This document shows, piece by piece, positions 13,401 through 25,400 of a stretch of 64,000 nucleotides of DNA. The position numbers were made by a program, and so were the translations under genes. This DNA comes from Mobula hypostoma (lineage: Eukaryota), in contig NC_086125.1 in the NCBI RefSeq assembly GCF_963921235.1, forward strand, positions 26,908,001-26,972,000. Reading direction: 5' to 3'. The notes beneath the pieces were generated by a model. The model was given only the letters and a program-made list of their open reading frames with translations. It was not told the origin of the DNA and ran no database searches. Every line of letters begins with the position of its first letter. The first letter of the stretch is position 1.

Positions 13401-16400
13401 CCCCTCTGACCTTTCTCATCAACAAGGCATTTCACCCACAGAACTGCCCGTTCGCTGGCTGTGTTTTGTTCTTTGCACTGCTCTCTGCAAACACAAGCAA
13501 GCATGCTTACCAGCTAACAGAACACAAGAAAGCAAGCGTGTCTGTATGCCTTTATGCATTGAGTTGCTGCCACATGATTGGCTGATTAGATATTTGTATT
13601 AATAAGCTGGTGTACCTAATAAAGTGGCCACTGACTGTATGTTTGTATAACTACTATTAGTACAAATGTGAGTGTCTGCGTGAACATGTTTACGAATATC
13701 CCTGTGTGGTTGAGTGCATTTTTGTGTTCTGTTATTTAGTTTCTGTTTCTGTTATTTAGTTTCTATTTCTGTTGTTTACCTTATTTAGCTTTTCATTTAC
13801 CTACTTATTTCGAGATGCAGTGTGGATCTCGCCATTGCAGCCAATGAACTGCACCACACACCACATCCCCTATCTAACCCTAGCCTGATCACAGGACAAT
13901 TTACAATGACCAATTAACCTACTAACCAGTATGTCTTTGAACTGAGGGAGGAGACAAGAGCACCAGAGGGAAATCCAGTGCATGCAGGAGGACATACAAA
14001 GTTCTTACAGGAGACACCGGAATTGAATTCTGAACTCTGGAATGCCCAAGCTGTACCAGCTTCACACCAATCACTACACTACAGTGGTGCCTCAGTGCTT
14101 TGACGTTGAACCTTGTTCCACTTCAATGCACTGTGTGAGATTCGATCTGTATAAAATTTAGTACAATTGGCTCTGTACTTCTGTGTTGTGATGAAGTGTT
14201 GTGGCAGTGTAACACAGACAAAGTTATTCCATTAGTTGCCATGCCTGTCTCAGAAAGGCAGCGTCCATTATTAAGGACCTCCAACACCCAGGGCATGCCC
14301 TTTTCTCACTGTTACCATCAGGTAGGAGATACAGAAGCCTGAAGGCACACACTCAGCGATTCAGGAACAGCTTCTTCCCCTCTGCCATCCGATTCCTAAA
14401 TGGACATTGAAGTTTTGGACACTAGCTCACTTTTTTAATGTACAGTATTTCTGCTTTTGCACATTTTAAAAAATCTCTTCAATACATGTAATTGATTTAC
14501 TTGTTTATTTATTATTATGTTTACTATCCATTGTATTGAACTGCTGCTGCTAAGTTAACAAATTTCACATCAGATGCTGGTGATTCTGATTCTGATTCCA
14601 TCAGAAGACCACCTTATCTCTGGCCAGTTTAGGGCTAGGTTTATGGTATAAAAGGTAAAAGGGTTAACATAATGAGGAGAGTTTGATGGTTCTGGACCTG
14701 TACTCACTGGGACTTAGAAAAATGAGGGGAAATCTCTATGAAACCTATTGAATATTGAAAGGCCTAGATAAAATAGATGTGGAGAGGAAGTTATCAATTA
14801 TACAACAGATAACTGGATGATGTAAACTGAACAAATTAAGCAATTCTTCGAAGCCAATAAATTAGCCAATGAAAAGTGAGTGCCAGTGTTACTGAGAGCA
14901 ATATGTGGAAAAGCATTCTTTGCTTAGAAGCTTAAATGCGACAACCAAACCAGCCGAAATGAGCTTTGCTGATATCGTGAACAGAATGCAGGGACAGTTA
15001 GAATCTAAGTAATTGTTCATTGTAGAGTGCTTTAGGTCTCATAAGTGGAATCAAAAGGCACGGGAATCCATTTCAGCTTACAAAGCTGAATTGAAGAAAT
15101 TGCCTGAGCATTGTCGGTTCAGTGATAGGCTTAATGGTGCACTGAGAGATTGTTTAGTTTATGGAATCTTAGAAGAAGAAAGCATTCAAAAACAGTTTCT
15201 AACTGAAGCACAACTCACACTTAAAAGAGCAGTTGAAATCGCTGTATAAATGGAAGCGGCCAGCGGTGCAATTGAGTGTCTGTCAGGAATGAAAGTGATC
15301 ATGAACAAAATTGCAATGACTAAACAGAAACCTGCCTGGCTGAACAAATTGCATTACGTTTGTGGCAGAGGCTCGCATACACCAGACCAACGCAGGTTTA
15401 AAGGCAAAACTTGCGGAAAATGTAACAAAGTAGAACACACACAAAGAGTATGTAGGGCAGACAAACTAAATGGGTTGCACAGAGAAGAGAAAACGATGCA
15501 AAGTCCAGTTACAGTTTCACAAAGAGCACCTATCTGTATGCTGTTGATGAAAAATCTGATAATGATGAGAGTAACGCAGGACTGAGTAGCCTTGAGATTT
15601 ATAATGTGAAAATGAATAATAGACAAACACCAGAAGTGAACAGAAAACTAATTACGATAGAATTGTAGGATGTCTCAGGTGTTTCAGTCATTATACAAAA
15701 TTAGTTTGAAAGGCATTTGAAAGGTACTGAGCTGAAGCCTGCAGATATCCAATTAAGGACTTATACTGGAGAAAAGGTAACTCCAGTGGGATGACTTTTG
15801 TGACGTTGAAATATAACCACCAACAAGCCAAATTGGGCTCGTATGTGGTATAAACAGGAGGGCCGGCATTTTGGGGTTGTGATTGGCTGAGGCAACTACA
15901 ACTTGACTGGAGAACCATCCACCATTTGCATGCCACATCCCCTGCAATGAAGGCAACTGAAAGTGAATTAAGGGTACTGAATAATGCCACAACTATCTCC
16001 ATGGTGTACACCATGAATTGTTCCCCAAAAGAGGACAAACCTCTGTGCCTCTGGTTGGAAAGCATATTGGACCAAGGAAGGGCCATGTTGCAATAGAGTC
16101 GACTGGAAGTGAATTAAGAAAGGTACTGGATGATGCTATAGCAGTGTCCAAGGATGACATTGGAAAACTCAAACATATCAAATGTAAAATAGTGTTAAAT
16201 GAAAATACCACACCCAAGTATTACAAAGCCCATCTAGTTCCTTATACCATCTGTGATGAAGTAACCACAGAGCTAGATTGCATGGAGGCTGAAGGAATTC
16301 TTTACAAGTTTGTGTGAAGCCCATGGGCAGTCCCAGTAGCCAAGAAGAATGGATCTGTCAGGATTTGCGGTGATTTTAAGGTCTGCATCAACCCAGTACT

Positions 16401-19400
16401 GAAAGAAGATCAGTATCCTTTGCCGGGAATAAATCATATCTTTGCAAAACTTTCTGGTAAGAAACACTTCAGCAAAGTCTTTGCTGAGACCTGCCTACAG
16501 ATAGAGATGGAAGAAGATCCCAAAATGGTTCTCACCACATAAATTCACCAAGGATTTAATCACTATAATAAGCTTATTTTTGGAGCAGCATCTGCACCTG
16601 CACGCTGGCAGAAAGCTATGGGCCAGGTGCTGCAAGGCTGCCCAGGCACTCAGTGTTGCCTGGATGACGTCATTGTGAACAGTGAGGACGACGAGGAACA
16701 TCTCCAGAACCTCAAGGCAGTGTTAAAAAAGGATTGGAAGATTATGGGCTCAGGGCATGATGCAACAAGCGTGAATTTCTTAAACCTGGCACTCAACGTC
16801 AGTAAGACAAAAGAGCAGATTGTGGACTACAGGAAGGGTAAGATGAAGGAACACATACCAATCCTAACAGAGGGATCAGAAGTGGAGAGAGTGAGCAGTT
16901 TCAAGTTCCTGGGTGTCAAGATCTCTGAGGATCTAACCTGGTCACAACATATTGATGTAGTCATAAAGAAGGCAAGACAGCGGCTATACTTTATTAGGAG
17001 TTTGAAGCGATTTGGCATGTCAACAAATATGCTTAAAATCTTCTATAGTTGTTTTATATAGAGAGCATTCTGACAGGCTGCATCACTGTCTGGTATGGAG
17101 GGGCTACTGCACAGGACTGAAAGAAGCTGCAGGGGGTTGTAAATCTAGTCAGCTCCATCTTGGGAACTAGTCTACAGAGTATCCAGGACATCTTGAGGGA
17201 GCGGTGTCTCAGAAAGGCAGCGTCCATTAAGGACCTCCAGCAGCCAGGGCATGCCCTTTTCTCACTGTTACCATCAGGTAGGAGATACAAAAGCTTGAAG
17301 GCACACACTCAGCGATTCAGGAACAGCTTCTTCCCCTCTACCATCCAATTCCACTTTGAAGCTTTGGACACTACCTCACTTTTTTAATATACAGTATTTC
17401 TGTTTTTGCTCATTTTTAAATAATCTATTCAATATACGTAATTGATTTACTTGTTTATTTATTATGTTTTATTTATTTTTTTCTCTCTCTGCTAGATTAT
17501 GTATTGCATTGAACTGCTGCTGCTAAGATAAAAAATTTCACGTCACATGCCAGTGATAATAAACCTGATTCTGATTCTGACCTACTGTTCAAAACATCCA
17601 TGCACAAGAATTACACCATTCAAGTAGTGTTGAATGCCCCAAGGTCAAAGGGGGTGTCACAGTTGTCGGCCTGTTTAGGATTTGTCAATTACTCTAACAG
17701 ATTCTAGTCAACCCTGGCTACTGTGCTCCACCCCTTGAACTCATTACTACAGATCGGGAAGAAATGGTGATGGACAAAGCAGTGTGAGGTGGTTTTCAAA
17801 AAGGCAAAAGAAACAGTGATGTCAGATACTGTACTCATACATTATGGTCCACATCAGCCAGTGAAGCTTTCCTGTGATTCCTCGCCTTATAGTATGGGTG
17901 CAGACATGTCACATGTTATGAGTGTTCACATTCCCTTACCGACGCAAAGAAAAAAATACAAACAGATTGACAGAGAGGCCTTGAGTCTAGTTTGGGAATA
18001 AAATGTTTCAACCAGAAGCTGCATGAGAGTGAGATCATTCTCATTAGTGATCACCAAGCACTGGTGTCCATTTTCAATCCACAGGAGCTCCACTAACCGC
18101 AGCAGCATGAGTGCAGAAATGGGCTCTGTTTCGTGGAGGACACAATTGCAAGAACGAATTCAAGAGGACGACTCATCATGGAAATGCTGATCGATTGTCC
18201 TGTTTACCCTTGGAAAAGGAGAATTCATCTCAACTTGAATATGTAACCTAGAGCTCTCCAGTCAATTTCACACACACATTTTTATTTATATATAATATGT
18301 GTGCGTGTGTGCATGTGTGAAATTGACTGGTGAGCTGTAGGTTACATATTTCAGTTGAGATGAATTCCATATTGAGTTGCGGTTCATAGCTAAGCAGGGC
18401 AGAGTATTGTGTATTTAATATTTCAGTAATATTTGAGTTATATTGTAAATATATTGTTTGATTAAGCATTCTTCGTTTCTTTACTGAATTCATTACGGGC
18501 TATACGTAAAAAGTGTGTGAATGGCATACATCATTACACCACCACGTTACATGTCACAAGTATCCCCCAGCTCCCGTGTTTTTCTTTGAATTAGTTTCTG
18601 GAGTTACAGAACATAATAAGCGCAGCAGTGTGGGCCAAAGGGCATGTGTTGTAAAAGCAGAGCACAAGGACACTTCCTTTCTTATTTTGCTGTTCCTGAG
18701 CATCTAATAAAACACATGTATCTGGAAGATTTGCGCCTCCTGGAGGTCCTCTTGGATAACAGCTAACAGAGTTAAACAGTGAACCCTCATATTGTGGGGT
18801 GGGGTTCCCAGAAAACCTTTCACATCACAACTTTCTACAGAGAGAAGTGATTTCATCTGCTCATGTGCCAAGGAATGTAATTTGGAAAAAGAAATTGGCA
18901 CCTTTGAGAGTGAATCTTTATCTAGTATCTCAAAAATTTTGGCTGTGCTTTGTGAACTCTGTGAGGGAGAGTTTCTGTTACCCAGACCGCTGTAATATTG
19001 GCATTGTCTGTAATAACCAAACTCTTCCAACAGAATATCACAGATGCAGCAAAACCTGCATAATTATCTTGAGCACTGATGGGAAGTATCTCATTGAGGG
19101 AACGTAGGCATTGTTCACAACTTACTTATGCCAACTCCCCTACTAGGGCATAGGCCTCTGACAGTAGCTCGTCAGAGCCCCCTGTCCTGGGCCAAAGATT
19201 GATCAGCCCTGTAGCTTCCAATTTCATCACACAACTTCTTACGACTTCTAGACGAAGATCCTTCCTCTCGCAGGGATGTGGTCTTTGGAGCTTCTGTTGG
19301 CTTTTTGTTACTCTGAGTTTTTAGGGGATGGGGTTGCTAGCCCTATACCTAACCCTCCACCTTTCGTAGCTGGGCTTGGAACTGCCTATGGCTGAGTTCA

Positions 19401-22400
19401 TTGTTCACAAGGCTGGTGTTTATTGGCTATCTCTGGATGTTAGCTGGGCCTTCCAAGTTCAGTGTTGGTGATGAGGAGTCACCCACCTGACGTTGGGTTT
19501 GGGTTTGGATGTGGAGTTTAAAATGGAGAAGGTCAAATACTCCCTTCCATGAAGAATATTAGTGACCCTGATGTACTTTGAACTACAATCCAGATGCCAC
19601 CGTGTCGGAGTTATTTATATTATTCCTTACACTCAATGTCAGCAAGACCAAGGAAGTGATGGTGGACTTCAGGAAGGGGAAGTTGGAAGAACACACCAGT
19701 TCTCATTCAGGGGTCAGTGGCGGAAATGGTGAACAGTTTTAAGTTCCGGGGTGGCAACATCTCTGAGGACCTGTCATAGTCCCAACACATTAATACAATC
19801 ACGAAGAAGGCATACCAGTGGTTCTACTGAGGACTTTGAGAAGATTTGCTACATTACCAAAGACCCTTGCAACTAGGGAGGTTTATTGACATGAACTTTG
19901 GTAGAAGGAATAAAAGCATACACTATCTTTTAAGCGGGAGAAAATTCAAAAATCAGAGGTGAAAGTGGACTTGCAAGTCCTTGTGTAGGATTCCCAAAAG
20001 GTTAACTTGCAGGTTGAGTCAGTGGGAAGGAAGGCAAATGCAATGTTAGCATTCATTTTGAGAGGACTAGAACATAACAGCAAGCGTGTGATGCTGAGAT
20101 TTTATAAAGCATTGGTCAGCTTGCACCAGGAGTATTGTGAGAAGTTTTGGGTCCCTGATCTCTGAAAGGATGTGCTGGCATTGGTGAGGGTCCAAGGGAG
20201 GTTCACAAGATTGACTGGCTGGAGTTTAGAAGAATGAGGGGGATCTTACTATCATCAAATATTGAAAGACCTAGAATGAGTGGATCTGAAGAGGATGTTT
20301 CCTATAGTGGGGAAATTCATCACCATGAAGAGCTATGGAGGGCAAGCCATTGGGTATACTTAAGGTGGAGGTTGATAGGTTCTTTATTGGTAATGGTGGG
20401 AAGAAGGCAGGAGATTGGGGTTGAGACGGGTAATAAATCAGCTATGATTGAATGGTGGAGCAGACTTGTTGGAGTGAATGGCCTAATTCATATACATCTT
20501 ATGGTCTTTTCAGGGAAGAGGTACAGGAGCCTGAAGAAACACACTCAATGGTTTAGGAACAATTTCTTTTCCTCCGCTATCAGATTTCTGAATATACCAC
20601 GAACACTACCTCACTTTTTGCTCTCTTTTGCACTACTTATTTTATAAATTATATATTTCTTATTGTAATTGATAGTAATTTTTTATGTATTGCACTGTAA
20701 TGCTGTTGCAAAACAACAAATTTCATGACGTACAGTATGTCAGTGGTAATTAACCCAATTCCCAATTGTGGATTCCAGTATTGTGAGGTGTCCTCGGAAA
20801 GGGTTGGGAAATTCTAAATGAGTGTTCTATTGAAGAAGGTGTCAGAGATTGAGAGGTTGAAAGGAAATTGATTTAAATAAGTCTGCATATGGGTGTTGTG
20901 GGTTATAGAATTGTATTTCTGTCTTTCAGATCTGGATCCCCTGATCTTGGGCCTGACATCCGTTCTCATCCTGATCACCGCTCTGCTGTTATTAACCATC
21001 ATCCTCACCCGCCGCAGGTACACCCTTGACTGGCTGATACAGTGGAAAATGTTTCTATTTGTTTGTTGCCCATCTTAAATCTGAAGAGGTTAGACAATGT
21101 ATCAGCATGTAGCTGGATTTACAGCAATACACACAAAATGTTGGAGGAACTCAGCAGGTCAGGCAGCATCTATGGAGAGGAATATGCACAGAACATGACA
21201 GCACAGTACAGGCCCTTCAGCCCACAACATTGTGCTGACCTACCCTAAGATCGATATAACTCTTCCCTCCTATATAGCCCTCCATTTTTCTATCTTCCAT
21301 GTGCCTATCTAAGAGTTTTTAAACATCCATAATGCATCTGCCTCCAGCACCACCCCTGGTAACGCGTTCCACACATCCACCTCTCTCTGTATAAAGAACT
21401 CAACACTGACATCCAGGACTGGAAAGGAAGGGCGAAGAAGTCAGAATAAGAATGTTGAGGGAGAGGGAAAAATACCAGCCGGCAGATGAAAGGTGAAAAC
21501 AGGTGAGAGGGAAGGTGGGCGGGTGGAATCCAATTTAAAATAATTGCATTAAGCTCGCAATGTCTTCATCACTGAGTCTTATTAGGTAGTCGTCAATCCC
21601 AGAGGATCATGGGTCTGTGCCTCTGGTGGACTGTGTCCTCTCCAGGGTGCAAGCCTGGGTGGAAAGATTTGAAGAACCGGCTGTTGCCCATGCAATGGGT
21701 TCTCTTCTCCATGTCACTGATGTAGTCCCAGGGAAGGGCAAGCGCCAATACAACCTGGCATCAGTGTCGTCACTGGGTCTAAATCCTGGAATCCCCTTCC
21801 TAGCAGTACAGAGGAAGTACTTTCACCAGAAGTGATTCTAGAATGAGGCATTCTGAAGACAATTCATTATTCTTTATTTTAGATGTTATTGAACCTATGA
21901 ATCTATCAAAGATAGTGGACATTCTGTTCTGCCTTACACGATCTCACTACTCTGGTCCACATCCAGCCCTCCACAGATGATGTGGTTTGATGGTCCTTTC
22001 ACAACTGTCTTGAGATAAGGAGGCTGAGGGGAAACGTAAAAGATTAGCTCATGGGTTAGTCTTGCCTCTGAGTTAGAATGTGGTTAGTTCAGGTTCGAAA
22101 GCAAATAATCTCAGCTGCTGCAGTCTTTCAGCGAATCTAGTCCCTGAAGTCACTAGGGTAACTCTCTCTATGCTCTTGGCCTGGCACTGAGGCTTAGCAG
22201 TTGGCGTAATGCTTTACAGTGCCAGAAATCAGGGTTTGATTCCCACAGCTGTCTATATAGTGTTTGTGTGTTCTCCCAGAGAGTTTCTTCCCAGTCACTG
22301 ACACAGACTACGTATTTCACTGTATGTTTTGATGTCCCCTCATATGACAAATGAAGCTAATCTTTCTTTCCTACTCTTTGAGGCTTTCAGATCTGTGTTA

Positions 22401-25400
22401 ATGTGCGATGTCGAGACGTGGACACAATGGTCCAATTTACCAGAACTGATGGTTTATAAAATCTATCAAGAATTTCTTGCTCTTGCATTCGCTACCTCTA
22501 TTTAGGTAGCTCTGTGTGTGTTTTTAACCACTCTGCCACTTTCGATGCCCAAGGACTCCTTTAGAATAGCAAAGAATATGATGGAGGATCTCAGCCGCTC
22601 TAGCAGCATCTGTGGGACAGAGGGAATTGTTCTCATTTTGAGTTAAAATCCTGTACGTTCTGAAACGTCAATGATTTCTTCCCCCCACAGACCCAGTGAG
22701 TTCTTCTGGTAGTTTGTTTCTCCAAATTCTAATATCTGCAGTCCTTGGCGTACTCATTGAGAGTGTTCCACTTTGATATTGATAACAAATTTAGGGTACA
22801 GTAACTCCTCATCTCTTTTCTAAGTGGATGGCCCAGTGACGACAGTCCTTGATGAGGATGGCTTGGACCCAGATGTAGGAGAATCCGAGGCTAGGATCAA
22901 GATACGGTTTCAAACTGGATTGAAAATCTGAGCACAAAACAAACACTAGACAAAATCAAGGGTAGGCTTACGATTGAGCACCGAACCTCAGTTCAGGTGC
23001 TCCTTAAATACTCAATCCTTGGCACCCAAAACATGATTGCCAATTAGTGGAACTGTCCTGAATCTTTAAAGGGGGGTGTGCTAGCTATCCCTACTCTAGG
23101 GAGTTAGAGCGTCTAAACCTCGGAAGATGGCACAGGTGAGTGTGTGTCGTAACCGACCCTCTATTCTGAGGCTGTGCCCTCACATCCTAAACTCCCTTTC
23201 TATAGGAAACATCCTCTCCACATCTGCTCTACCTAGGACTTTCAGTATTTGGTAGGTTTCAATGAGATCCCTCTCCCCGCTGCCCCAATTCTTCTAAACT
23301 CCAGTGAGTACAGGCCCAGAGCCATCAACATTAACCATTTTATTCTTGGAATGATGCTCATGAACCTCTCCTGGACCCTCTCCAATGCCACTACATTTTT
23401 TTTTCAAAGATGAGGGACCCAAAACTTCTCACAATACTCCAAGTGCCATCTGACCAATGCCTTACTAACTCTCAGCATCTCATCTTTTCTCTTATATTCT
23501 ATACCTCTCAAAATGAAGGCTAACTTTGCACTTACCATAGACTTCCCTACACTATATTCCTTGTCCATTCTCCTAATCTGTCTAAGTCCTTCTGCAGACT
23601 AGCTGTTTCCACAACACTAGCTGACCCTCCACCTATCTGCAAAATTGGCTACGAAGCCATCAGTTCCGTCATGTGAAAAGAAACAGTCCCTGTACTAACC
23701 CCTGCAAAACACCACTAGTCACCAGCAGCCAAACAGAACTGCCCCCCTTTATACCCACTCTTTGTCTCCTGCCAGTCAACCAATCTTCTATCCATACTAA
23801 TAACTTTCCTGTTATACCACGGGCTCATATCTTGTTAAGCAGTTCTAAGAGGCCTTCTGAATTGCTCCCAGAAACTCCAGCCATTGCTACTCTGCTGTCA
23901 TCCCTGATAGTGTCTTCTTCTAAACAACATTGGCCAGCTCCTCTCTCAAGCTTCTATAATTCCCTTTACTCCACTGTAATACTGATACATCTGACTTTAT
24001 CTTCTCCCTCTTAAACTGTAGGGTGAATTCTATCATATTGTGATCACTGTCTCCTAGGTGTTCTTTTACCTTAAGCTCCCTCATCAAATCTGATTTGTTA
24101 CACAACACCCAATCCAGAATTGCCTTTCCCTTAGTGGGCTCAGACACAAGCTGCTCTAATAAGCCATCTCATAGGCATTCTACAAATTCCTTTCATTGGG
24201 ATCCAGCACCAACCTGATTTTCCCAATCCACCCTCATATTGAAATCCCCCTTGACCATTGTAAGAGTGCCATTCTTACCTGCTTTTTCTATCTCCCATTG
24301 TAATTTATATCCCACATCCTGGTTACTGTTTGGAGGCCTGTATTTAACACACATCCAGGTCTTTTTAACCTTGTAGTTTCTTAACTCTATCCACAAGGAT
24401 TTGATGTCATCTGATCCCATGCCACCTCTTTCTAAGGATTTGATTCTATTTTTTACCAATAGAGCCATCCAACCCCCTTTGCCTACCTTGTTGACCTTCT
24501 GATACAATGTGTATCCTTGGATGTTAAGCTCCCAACGTTCAGCCAAAACTCAGTGGTACCCACAATTTCATACCTGCCAATCCCTAACGGTGCCACAATC
24601 TAATCTACTTTATTCCATGTACTACGTGCATTCAAATATAACACCTTCAGTTCTGTATTCATCACTCTTTTCAATTTTGTCCCCATGTTACACTTCAACT
24701 CAACGCAGTGGCTGCAATTTTGCCCTATCATCTGCCTGCCCTTCCTTACAGCCTCACTACACAATGCACCAACTTGTATACCAACTGCCCCGTCATCTGC
24801 CCTTTCACATCCGGTTCTCATCTCCTGCCAAATTAGTTTAAACCCTGCCCATCAGCTCTAGTTAACCTGTCTGTAAGGATATTTGTCCCCCTCAGGTTCA
24901 GGTATAACCACTCCTTTTTGTCCAAGTCATACCTTCCCCAGAGGAGATCTGAAAGCTGAAACGCTGCCCCTAGCCACTTGTTCATCTGTACTATTCTATT
25001 TCTACCCTGACGAGTATGTTGTATTGGGAGTAATCTTGGAGTACCTTGGAGTCCCACTCTTCAGCCTCTTGCCTAATTCCCTATACTCACCGCGCAGGGC
25101 CTCTTCCACCTTTCTACCTGTGTCATTGGTGCCAATGTGCACCACGACCTCTGCCTACTCACCCTCCCTCTTGAGAATCTTCTGCAGCTGCTCTGAGACA
25201 TCCTGGACCTTAGCATCTGGGAGGCAACATACTATCCTGGAATCTTTTCTACAGCCACAGAAGCTCTTGTCTGTCCCCCTAAATATCAAGTCTCCTATCA
25301 CTCCTATTCTGCCTGACTTCACCCATCCCCGCTGAGCCCCAGAGCAGGCCACTGTGCCACTAGCCTGGCTGCTGTTGCTGTGCCCTGATTGGTCATTTCC

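Larger units (their letters stand above)
14796..18618 (+). mobile_element. Decayed Gypsy LTR retrotransposon (gag-PR-RT-RH, integrase deleted, 3' LTR ~18405-18618)
   Basis: gag ESISAYKAELKKL..LRDCLV and a CCHC-like knuckle; RT VRICGDFK..DQYPLP and QGCPGTQCCLDDVIV; RH LSCDSSPY..QIDREAL. PPT aagcagggcagag precedes the LTR, which ends gttacagaacataata. Confidence 0.9.
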
